NCBI GenBank assembly: GCA_964016885.1
Contig: OZ024743.1
Location: forward strand, 367,288,001 to 367,352,000
Reading direction: 5' to 3'
From: Eledone cirrhosa
Taxonomy: Eukaryota
DNA: 64,000 bases
The notes beneath the pieces are model-generated. The model saw nothing but the letters and a program-made list of their open reading frames with translations, ran no database searches and had not been told where the DNA came from. The position numbers were made by a program, and so were the translations under genes. Below, piece by piece: positions 38,730 to 48,916 of this stretch (within the stretch, counting starts at the first letter, position 1; every line of letters starts with the position of its first letter).

Positions 38730-38733
<4 letters not shown>
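37134..38733 (+). mobile_element. 5'-truncated Penelope-like element with inverted pLTR
   Basis: GIY-YIG remnant 37420-37780 (NIVYKCKV...YIGLT...FKQRLYMH...LSAYIW...NLCAVEALEIL); 37134-37415 is the reverse complement of 38436-38733. Confidence 0.85.
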
Positions 38734-38763
<30 letters not shown>

Positions 38764-39504
38764 TTTGCAGTGCTGAGATAAAGGAGACCACAAATCATGG
38801 GAGTACTCAATGTTTGGGGAGATGCACAGTGGGTATAGAAATAGCTATAATCTCAACTGTGATGCCAAGTGGTTTCGGCTTGTGTGTTCCCAGCCAAAAC
38901 CACTTAGCACTGCAGTCAGGATTATACCCCCCTCCTCTCTATCTATCTATCTCTCTATATATATGTATATAGTAGTAATATTAAATAAAAAAGACCAAAA
39001 TCCAGAGAGTACACTCGCAAATAAGAAGAACCAGGGTGGCCCCTAGGAGCATTGGATTTGGTGTACTTCATATTTATTTCGGTTGCTGAATACAATCAGG
39101 AGTCGCTGCTTCTCCTGAAGGTCAATAGTTCTCTTCTAACTCGAGTGGGAGTGCCTTTCCATTGTCAATTTACATTGATCATCTGCAAAGCCGCATTGCT
39201 CTCAGAACCACTACACCAGTCTACACCAGTCTTTTGATGTGTGCAGCTAGAACTACTGCCACCCATTGATTTGGCAGGATTTTTTTTTTCTTTTAGATGG
39301 CCATTAACTCTTATGAGTTCTTCTGCTCTTTGCCAGGTTTTGTTTTTTGTCCCAAATCCTCCTCATCAAGTAAACTTGGTTGGGTTGCCGGTTTAGACCT
39401 CGCCATGCGAGAGGTTATACTGGGTTACACGCTACCAGTAGCACTCGAGAGTGACCTGACATAAATATATATATATGTATATACATAAGTATAACTATAT
39501 ATAT

Positions 39505-40100
39505 ATGGTGAGCAATATTAAAATATTACCCTGTTTCAAGTCTGATTTAGGAAGGCTTAATAAAATAATTTTTGATAGAATTATTCTCAAAATTAGAGAT
39601 ATTGCTCCTTTAGCCTTTTGGAATAATTCTTTTGTGGTGATTGATTGGTGTAGGGTCATACAAGGAATACTGCCAACATCAACAACTATTATTCTTCCAC
39701 CACCTTATCACTTCTTCTTGAGGCTATTACCAAAATATTTACAGGGATTAATGATTTTGAAGTTGATATTTTAAATGTTCGTAAATCTGTGATAAACTTT
39801 GACAACTCCATTTGGTTAAAGGAATCAAATAATTCTCCCTGTGATGTGAGCATTGGAGCCAGAAATTCAGCAGAGATCACAGACCTTAATGGTCTATTTT
39901 TACTATTCTCAATCAAAGAAGAAATCCCTATGTAGGTAGGGGTCTATACCATGATGATGGTCTTTCCAATATGACTAAGACTATTGATAGGTTTAGACAG
40001 AAGTTAAGCACTTTTTTAACGGTTTCAACCTTTCCATTCAAGTGGATGACACTTATCTGTGATGTCACTCAATGTCAAATACTACTAGTATAGAAAGTCC
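39505..40100 (+). mobile_element. Penelope-like RT fragment (decayed)
   Basis: KSDLGRLNKIIFDRI, IGARNSAEITDLNGLFLL, GLYHDDGL. Confidence 0.65.
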
Positions 40101-40259
40101 AATGGCACTTTAAACTACATTAATAAATGATCTAACCACCTAACCAGCATAACCAAAAACCTGGTCAAGATTGAGGCTTTCCTGTTTATCAATTAATGCG
40201 TCCTCTCTGGATTTTGGTCTTTGTATTTAATATTACTACTAACATCATCATTTAACGTC

Positions 40260-40570
40260 TGTTGTGTCTACATTAATGATTCTCTCCTATCCGTATTTAT
40301 TCCCTTTCTTTCATTACGTGTAACATGTTCCAGCCACTTATTGGCCACTCATCAGCCAATCATACACAGTCTTCATATTGATTGGCTCGCCCATCCAATA
40401 AGACTTTGGACTCAACGTGTGTGCACACACATGTGAACGTGACACTATACTCTGTACATCATGTTTTGCTTGCGGCTCCATGCCATCCTGCGTACAGTTA
40501 TACTTATGTTGTTTAATACAACTTCCTACCGTCTTTACACTTGTTCTTACTTGGGAACCTGTACACAACA
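40260..40570 (+). repeat. 5' LTR
   Basis: TGTTGTGT...ACACAACA inverted termini; homologous to 44464-44772. Confidence 0.92.
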
Positions 40571-40572
40571 AT

Positions 40573-40590
40573 TGGCATCGCTGATAGGAT
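40573..40590 (+). other. Primer binding site
   Basis: TGGCATCGCTGATAGGAT two bases after the 5' LTR, complementary to a tRNA 3' CCA end (possibly tRNA-Ser type). Confidence 0.7.
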
Positions 40591-41822
40591 ACCTGCTATT
40601 TTTTTTTCACAAATTGGATCATTTTCTGAAAAATCACTATGAATCAACTTCATTTGGATTACTTCTGGGTTGATGAATTCACCTGACCGACCACACAGAA
40701 ATGGACATCGTGGAAGAAGGAATTGTTCAACTACTTCAGCCTTCTTCCGGTGTTCAACCCATCTATTGCACTGACAGACGACTGCAAATTAGCCTTAATG
40801 CGCCATTATCTTAGTGAAGCCGGTCGCCAGGAGTTCGATTGCCATGATTTCAAGAATGTGGATGCAGCTATTTACAAACTCGATCACCTGTGGGGGACTA
40901 CACAAAACGTTTTCTTTACGAAGCATCAATTCAGTCGCCTACAGCAGGACAGGACTGCGGTGAGTCGGCTGATAGTTTTATCTTAAAACTGCGCGAAAAA
41001 GTTACCGAATGTGAATACGAAAGTCTAACTAAGTCCAAAATTAAAGACGCTATGTTAATGCAGCAACTAATCTCCGGCATTGAAAGCGATAGTACATGAG
41101 ATGCACTTTTAAATGAGGATTCATGCACCTTGTCTTTCGACAAAGCCTGTAATATAGTTCGCTGCAAAGAAAGCATTGAGTCTCAAATGAAGGCTTTCAA
41201 ACAAGAAGAACAGCATAACATTGATAAGGTTGCTCTAGAGCAAAGTAAAATTTCAATGCAATCCAACAGCAAATGTTTCCGCTGTGGGAATCCTGGTCAT
41301 AAGGCGACCTTTCCCCAATAGCCCGCCAAAAATTCAATTTGTCGGAACTGTGGGAAGAGGGGTCATTTTGCCAAGTGCTGCCGTGGCAAAACAGTTCACC
41401 GTATTGAAGAAGCAATAGAAACCGAGAACGATGTTACAATATATTCAATCATCAGTCAGCTTACTGCCGAGAATGATCATGAGCCTAAGCTTCCTAAGCC
41501 GATTGTTGGCATGTTAGTCTGTCGGCTGATGGTAAATATGTCATGTTATTGATGGAGCTTGACTCAGCATCTCCAATTACCATAGTCCCCGAAACTTTTT
41601 ATCAGTCACACTTCAGTCAGTTACCTTTACTTTGTACCGCCCACAAGTTCTTGAGCTATTCTGATGACTCCATTGGCATTCGCGGATTTTTCTTCGCCAA
41701 CATTCAGGTAGAAATGAATTCCGCCTATAAGGTTGTAGTTTATGTTGGCCCAAGGCAATGTAAACCGTTGTTAGGTTGTAACACTATGGTCCCACTTAGA
41801 TATCTCGCATAAGCTAGAGAAC

Positions 41823-44163
41823 ATGATTTCAACCTTTGGCGATGCAAAAACAATTGAGGAGCCAGCATCGAATAAAGGTGAGATAGCTTTGATGCCGAAC
41901 GACACGTACCACCACCTGATAAAAGAATTCTCATCGGTTTTTGAGAAGAAGATAGGCCGAATCCCTTGTGTTCAGCACCTAATATTCTTGTGGCTTGGTG
42001 CTACACCACCAGCAATTCATCAGCCAAGACCTATTCCGTTGGCAAAACAGGAGGCAGTCCTACAAGCTATTGATGAGCTTCTAGAGGCAGACGTTATAGA
42101 ACCAATCGAAAGTAGTGACTTGGTTCACCCGATGGTTTGTGTGTTTAAGAAGGATGGCCGCGTACACATTTGCTGTGATTTAAAATGCTTAAACGAACAA
42201 ATTATTGTCAACAAATTTATGCTTCCCTCATTTAACGAACTAGCGGCTCATCTAAATTCTTCTCCATAATGGACGTTTCTAACGCCTATTTTCATATGGA
42301 ATTGTGTGAGAAATCGAGGCAGCTAACCGCTTTCCTTACTCCAAAAGGTCTATTTCAATACAAAGTTCTTCCCATGGGTCTCAGTTCTGCACGAGCTGCA
42401 TGGCAACGCTCCATGACTTACAGTCTACAAAGGATGAAAGGCATCATTTTCTATATGGATGACATTTGTGTCTTTGGGACATCAAAAGCTGAACACGATC
42501 TAATATTACGACAGCTTTTTGACCACTTACAACAACTTGATCTCCATCTTAACAAAGAAAAATGTCACTTTGGTGTCAACAGTATAGAATTTCTGGGTCA
42601 TCATATTTCATCAGAAGGCATAAGATCCAGCACAGAAAAACGTAGATGCAGTGCTTCGGACTCCAGCCCCCGCATCCAAGAAGTACGACAGTTTTTAGGG
42701 ATGCGTGCATACTACCTGAAATTTTTGCTCGATTTTGCAACAATAACTGAACCTCTTTGTAGTCTGAAAAAAAGTAATGTGGACTTCATGTGGACAGACA
42801 TCCAGGAACTAAGTTTTACTCGCATAAAAGAATTGTTATCTACTCCCTCTGTCCTATCGATGTTTGATTGCAGTGCCTTGACGATAGTATCTACAGATGC
42901 ATCGGACGTTGGTCTTGGCGGCGCCCTATCACAAATGCAAAACGGTTTCGAACGAGTTGTCGCGTATGCATCTAGATCTTTGTCGACAATGGAACAAAAA
43001 TATTCTGTGGGTGAAAAAGAAGCACTCACATGCATTTGGGCATGCGAAAAATGGCATTATTATCTCTTTGGGCGTTGTTTCATACTCCGCACTGGCCATT
43101 CATCATTGACAACCCTGTTGAGTACCGGCGGAAAAGGTCATCGATCCTTAAGAATCTCACGTTGGTATGCCCCCCTTTTGACTTACGATTTCCATGTTGA
43201 ATATAGATCCGGAATGAACAATCAAGTCGCCGGTGTGTTGTCTCGGTCCCCGCACTTACCAGCCATAGAACTGAATGAAGATAACAAAATTATAGCCAGC
43301 CTTGTGCTTCAAGAGGAACATGCCTCTCCGCTATCTGAATTTACTCTAGAGTTGGAAAACGATAGTGTTCTGAAAAGCGTAAAACAGTTTATTACGGAGG
43401 GATGGTCTCCATGTTGATGCGTTGACAACACTCTTCGGTCATATTTCCAAGCCTGCTCTAAGCTGTCCATAGTACAGGAGTGCATGTTTCACAGAAGCAT
43501 CCTGGTCGTTCCTACCAATTTACAAAGAGTTATGGTTCTTGCACATTTAGGTCATGCCGGTATTGTGCGAACGAAACAACGGCTGCGTCAATGGTATTGG
43601 TGGCCTAATTGTAATTCACAGATTGAATCGTTTGTCCGTTCATGCCAGGCATGCATCCAGTCTGACAAATCGTCAAAGCCATTACCCGCCGCAATTTAAC
43701 CCGTTCAGTATCTAAAGTGGCAATTGACATCATGGCCCCCTTTGCAACAGCAACAAAAAACAAAGCTTACCTTGTCGTACTGATCTGTTACTACAGTCGG
43801 TGGTGTGAAGTCTGTGCATGTGGACAAGCTACAACTGTCCATATAATCACTTGGTTATCTTCTGTGTTTTCGCGTTTTGGCCTGCCGGAAGATCTCGTGT
43901 CGGACAATGGTCCCCAATTCCGCAGTGGATTGTTCGAAACCTTCCTCAAGGAAAATGGGATTAAGCACTCCAAATCTGTCCCTTATAATCGTCAAGCAAA
44001 CAGGTTGGTGGAAAGATGCAATAAAACACTTAAAGGAACTATTCAAACACTACAACTTCATGGTCTGACATGGGATGATGCAGTATTGAAGGTGCTGCAG
44101 ACACTACGATCGATGCCCCACAGTGCGACTGAAGTGACACCAACAGAACTGTTCTCAGGTTGA
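41823..44163 (+). pseudogene. Gypsy pol (RT-RNaseH-integrase), disrupted
   Basis: ORFs 41823-42269, 42269-43417, 43484-43699 and 43717-44163 carry RT, RNase H and integrase motifs. Confidence 0.9.
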
Positions 44164-44446
44164 CCCTTGTGCACTAAATTAAGCGCTGCCACCTTAGATG
44201 CCACCACATGTACTCAGTCATCGGATACTGAGGCTAAAGCAAAATTGTCTAGATACCAAGCATCTTATAGCAAAAAGACAAAATCTCTGAAAGTCGGTCA
44301 AAATGTATGTGTAACAGAGAGTAGTATTGTAAAAGGAAGACCGAAATTATCACCACCACCCAAAATAGTCAACTGCATTGGTCTTCACACATACCGACTA
44401 GAAAATGGACGAATCTACAATTTTTTTATTTCAAGCTTAAAGCTTT

Positions 44447-44463
44447 AAAAAGAGGGGAGAAAA
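44447..44463 (+). other. Polypurine tract
   Basis: AAAAAGAGGGGAGAAAA immediately before the 3' LTR. Confidence 0.85.
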
Positions 44464-44772
44464 TGTTGTGTCTACATTAATGCTTCTCTCCTATTCTCGC
44501 CTATCCGTATTTATTCCCTTTCTTTCATTATGCATAACATGTTCCAGCCACTTATTGGCCACTCATCGGCCAATCACACACAGTCTTCATATTGATTGTC
44601 AAATAAGACCTTGGACTCAACGTGTACGCACACGCATGTGAACGTGACACTATACTCTGTACATTATGCTTTGCTTGCGGCTCCATGCCATCTTGCGTAC
44701 AATTATACTTATGTTGTTTAATACAACTTCCTACCATCTTTACACTTGTTCTTACTTGGGAACCTGTACACA
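44464..44772 (+). repeat. 3' LTR (terminal ACA replaced by a TA run)
   Basis: Homologous to the 5' LTR with small indels; ends GTACACA then (TA)n. Confidence 0.9.
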
Positions 44773-44806
44773 TATATATATATATATTTATATATAAATA
44801 TATATA

Positions 44807-45168
44807 CAGTCCACACTGTAAATGTGGTTGGTGTTAGGAAGGGAAAACCTGCCAGATACAGTTCTATGCAGCGAGACACGGTCACCCAACCAATCTTGCC
44901 TCAAGTGGGACGATCCCGTCTAACCCATGCTAGCATGGAAAATGGACGTTGTTGTGTACAGGTTCCCAAGTAAGAACAAGTGTAAAGATGGTAGGAAGTT
45001 GTATTAAACAACATAAGTATAATTGTACGCAAGATGGCATGGAGCAGCAAGCAAAGCATGATGTACAGAGTATAGTGTCACGTTCACATGCGTGTGCGCA
45101 CACGTTGAGTCCAAGGTCTTATTTGACAGGCGAGCCAATCAATATGAAGACTGTGTGTGATTGGCCGA
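44807..45168. mobile_element. Second RTE-tail plus inverted-LTR composite
   Basis: Starts CAGTCCACACTG like 32617; junction GACGT|TGTTGTGTAC at 44945-44950. Confidence 0.85.
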
Positions 45169-45309
45169 TATATATATATATATATATATATGTAAGCTCT
45201 AATTCATATGAATTATCGAGCCCTTGCCCACACAACTCGAAAGTGATTCTTGTTAATTCCTGAGCTGAAATTCGATTCTCGCTAATTTTTACTTATATAT
45301 ATATATATA

Positions 45310-46100
45310 TTCATCGAAATCGACCATATTATAATGAAGCTCTGGTTTGGAACAGTTTCTAGATAAGGTAAAATACACTATGTATGAGCACAAAGTTAAG
45401 AAAAATAATTCTTGATGCATTAAATGGTGTAACCCACCATATAATGTGAAAGTGGCCACACCAATAGCTAAAGTTTTTCTTACAATAATTAGGAGGCAAT
45501 TCCCCTTAGCATATAAATATCACAAAATATTCAATAGAAACACTGTTAAAATATCCTACTCCATAATTCCCAACCTCACACACAACATTACTGCATCTAA
45601 CTTTATATAATCATAGGAATATAGACACTCCCGAACTTAGTTCTATCTAAAATTGCAATAATAGGGACTACTGCCCTTTAGCAGGGAAATGCCTATCAAG
45701 TAATATAGTTTATAAATTTATGGTCAATACACCCACAGCTAGTGGGTTAGCAGCCAATAGATTCAAGCAGTGTTTATACATGCACCCTCATTCATTTCAA
45801 AATACTTTAAGACAGAACATGATAGGTTACACTGGAAGATCCTAGTTAAAGCTAGATCCTATAATGGCAATAAAAGACCTTGTGATTTTAGCATCTTTGC
45901 ATTGCTGAAGCCTTGGAAATACTTTATACCAATGGATATATTTAAAAAAAAAATATGAGAAAATTTGATCTTGTAAAGATAAACTATATAAAACTTATAT
46001 TACAGCCTCACATTGTATTCTATTGGATAAGATGAATCTACACATCAACAGTATACAGATGATATATGCCATGTTGCAGCAGTTAACAACAACCAAACTT
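45310..46100 (+). mobile_element. Penelope-like element fragment (RT C-terminus, linker, GIY-YIG)
   Basis: NPPYNVKVATPIAKVFL...IFNRNTVKISYS, CPLAGKCLSSNIVYK, LHWKILVKARSYNGNKRPC; related to 37420-37860. Confidence 0.75.
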
Positions 46101-46251
46101 TATATTTAGTTTTATATATATATATATTTCAAACTCTATATTTTTGCATACATATATGTGCATGCAACCGCACTTGTAAGTGTATACCTATATAACTTAC
46201 TTCTAAAACATTTACTTCACTTATTATATTAGTTTATTATTATAATTATTA

Positions 46252-46449
46252 GACAGTGGATTGGTGGTATTGGCAGAGCATCAGACACCATGCTTTGCAG
46301 CATGGAGTTAAGGCCCTTTATGTTCTGAGTTCAAATCCCGTTGAGGTTAAATTTGCCTTTCAACCTTATGGGATCAATAAAATAAAGTACCAGTAATGCA
46401 CTGGGTAATTGCTGGCCTTGTGCCAAAAGTAGAAACAATTATTATTATT
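46252..46449 (+). mobile_element. tRNA-derived SINE (Meta-like core) followed by a partial second head (46450-46500)
   Basis: Matches the 18248 copy; sits in ATT-rich sequence. Confidence 0.85.
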
Positions 46450-47504
46450 AGGGCAGTGCATTGGCAGTATTGGTAGAGCATCTGACACCATGCTTTGCGT
46501 AGTTTCAAAGATATGTGCAGTTTTGCTGGCTCTTTATGTGTTTCAGTTATGTTGGCAGAGTTGTCTTGAGATTGATCTTGAAGAACATGGTATATGTTAC
46601 TAATTTCAACTGTGTAGTTTTCCCTGATGTTCTCATTTGTGTTTAGTGCAGACCAGTCAAAGGGAATTTTCTTTGTCTTGTTAGTTTTGTTATGTTAGTG
46701 ATAATCTGATCCTTGCTGTGATTGGACAATGAAACTATTAGCAAGGAAGAGTTATAGGCTTTACAGTTCATTGCATCACTTTTCCATTTATTATTTATTT
46801 GTTAGACACACAGTGACTAACAACAGGATGTTTTAAGTCTGCATGTCTGACATGCGTAGCTTGTGAATAAAAAATTCAAGGGGGTTTGCTGGCCGTGGTG
46901 ATCCCTGCCAAACATCTTTTGTAATGTATCGCCTTATTGGCTAATCAACCAATGAGAGTAATTGTTGCTCAAAAGCATCCACCACTTTGTTTGCACATTT
47001 ATTTATCGTTTCGCTTTCGAATCTTCCTCTTGTATTTTGTCGTTTATCATCAAAATATTTTTCTCGTTTTGGTAAGTTATATTGTTAATTTCTATATGAT
47101 TTTTAAAAATTTATATTAACTATTTTTTTTTCAGTTCGTTATAACATGCTTATAATATTGGTTGTATCATATTTACTTGTATATTGTTCTTTTTATGTTA
47201 GATTATTTTATTATTATTATGTTAGATTATTTTTTTATTATTATGTTAGACTATTTGTATGTAATATTGAATTTTTATTAATTCAACTATAACAATTATT
47301 ATGTAAAATATATTTATTAAATATTGATTGGTTTTTGTAGTTGTTTATTTTAAAAGTCTGAAAATATTTTTATACATCTTACAATAATATTTATAAGATC
47401 ATTTATAAAATAACAATTATGTAATCTAATTACATTACAACGATAATTTATTATTAATATATATCATGTTTAACTAGAGTTATTACAAGTGTTGCCTTAA
47501 AAAA

Positions 47505-47963
47505 ATATTAAACTAGGCCTGAAAATGCTCAAGCTCAAAAGGCCACAGAATGTTATAATAAACCTTCAAAAGTGTGGGACTAGAGTTGTTGCTCAAAAAT
47601 ATTGTAATCATTATCTATCGTACACTCTGTGGCATCCTTTTATAAAAAAGCGACTCATAACGAACTCAAGACGATACGATAATTATTTAAGTGAATTTAT
47701 AATATAGAATTTAGTTTAAGTGCATTTTGTATTAATCATTACTAAACATCTAATATGAGATATTGAACATTAGCTTAAATAATAATCGTGTCGTCTTGAG
47801 TTCGTTATGAGTCCCCTTTTTATAAAAGGATGCCACAGTGTGTACGATAGATAATGATTACAATATTTTTTAGCAACAACTCTAGTCCCACAGTTTTAAA
47901 GGTTTATTATAACATTCTGTGGCTCTTTTGAGCTTGCGCATTGTTCAGGTCTAGTTAAAATAT
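47505..47963. repeat. Long inverted repeat (foldback): ~190-bp arms, ~80-bp spacer
   Basis: 47505-47692 is the reverse complement of 47773-47963 with scattered mismatches. Confidence 0.9.
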
Positions 47964-48916
47964 GATCATGTTGACTTTGGGCACCATTTGGATATTTAAA
48001 TGTCTACAACTTTCCTAGTTTTTTCTCATACTTATCTTCCAAATCAGTCCGATTACGTTCATTTTAAAGATTCAACAATAATTCTCCATTACTGTCTGTT
48101 TTGTCATGAAAGCAAAACCTTTTAAGCTTGTCTTGTCTAATCTCCTGTGACGAGAATTAGGTTATGAGATAAGGAAGTAGTTCTGGTTTTTGCTGGATGT
48201 GTTTTTTTAGCGCTTTATTTAAGTCAGCAACAACACATACAATCATGTGTGACCAAAAAGGAAATCAAATAATTGAAATAAGTGAAATATTTAAATGAAT
48301 GGCCCTTACAAATCTAAGGCAACACAGTAAAAAGCCTACTTTAATAGGTTCTCTCCTAACAACATCTTCCTACACAATGCTGTCATATCTGCTTTAACAG
48401 TAAGGCTTTTTTTCTGCCATTGTCTTTTATTTTGTTGCCTTAAATTGGCTGTATAGTCACTGTACATACATTACTAATACCATGCAATGACAAAGATACT
48501 TACTTATAGCTATTGAGCAAAAATACTCCATCACAAATACAGTTAGAAGTTATACGATTAATCAATAAGGAAAGTTATCAACATATTGTCCGAACCTAAA
48601 CATACTACTACATACGCACTGACGGATGTTTGACAGAATATCTATTGATACATAACACTATTAAACACAATGTAAATTTGCAATAGTAGCCTCTCTCTCA
48701 AAAGATAAATGAATTGTATTTGATCTTGGGATTGCTCAATGACAACTTTCTTTGAGAATAAAACTATCACAGGCAACATACAATAAGCATGTGTCTATTG
48801 AAAATCATACTGTGTCGATATAAGATATGACCCGAGGAATCTAAGGTTTTAATTGTCTCAGATGTATTATACTTTAAAGTGCCTTCCACTATTTGTAACC
48901 TATTTCAGAATGATAG

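Larger units (their letters stand above)
40260..44772 (+). mobile_element. Ty3/Gypsy LTR retrotransposon (Mag-like), full-length but decayed
   Basis: 5' LTR 40260-40570 (TG...CA), PBS, gag with two CCHC knuckles, protease (LDSAS), RT (YMDD), RNase H (TDAS), integrase (HLGH..C..C, DNGPQF, ER) in Gypsy order, PPT, 3' LTR 44464-44772; many stops and frameshifts. Confidence 0.93.

Noticed and set aside
40338-40571. Recurrent ORF MLCTGSQVRTSVK... (also at 32772, 44552, 44949)
   Set aside because: Antisense translation of the LTR; variable ends and non-ATG starts argue against a real peptide.
46537-46580. Possible 43-nt plus-strand exon (LCWQSCLEIDLEEH)
   Set aside because: Splice-like signals only, with no partner exons or homology.
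46900-47500. Very AT-rich tract suggesting a mitochondrial insertion (NUMT)
   Set aside because: No recognisable mitochondrial genes, tRNAs or rRNA.
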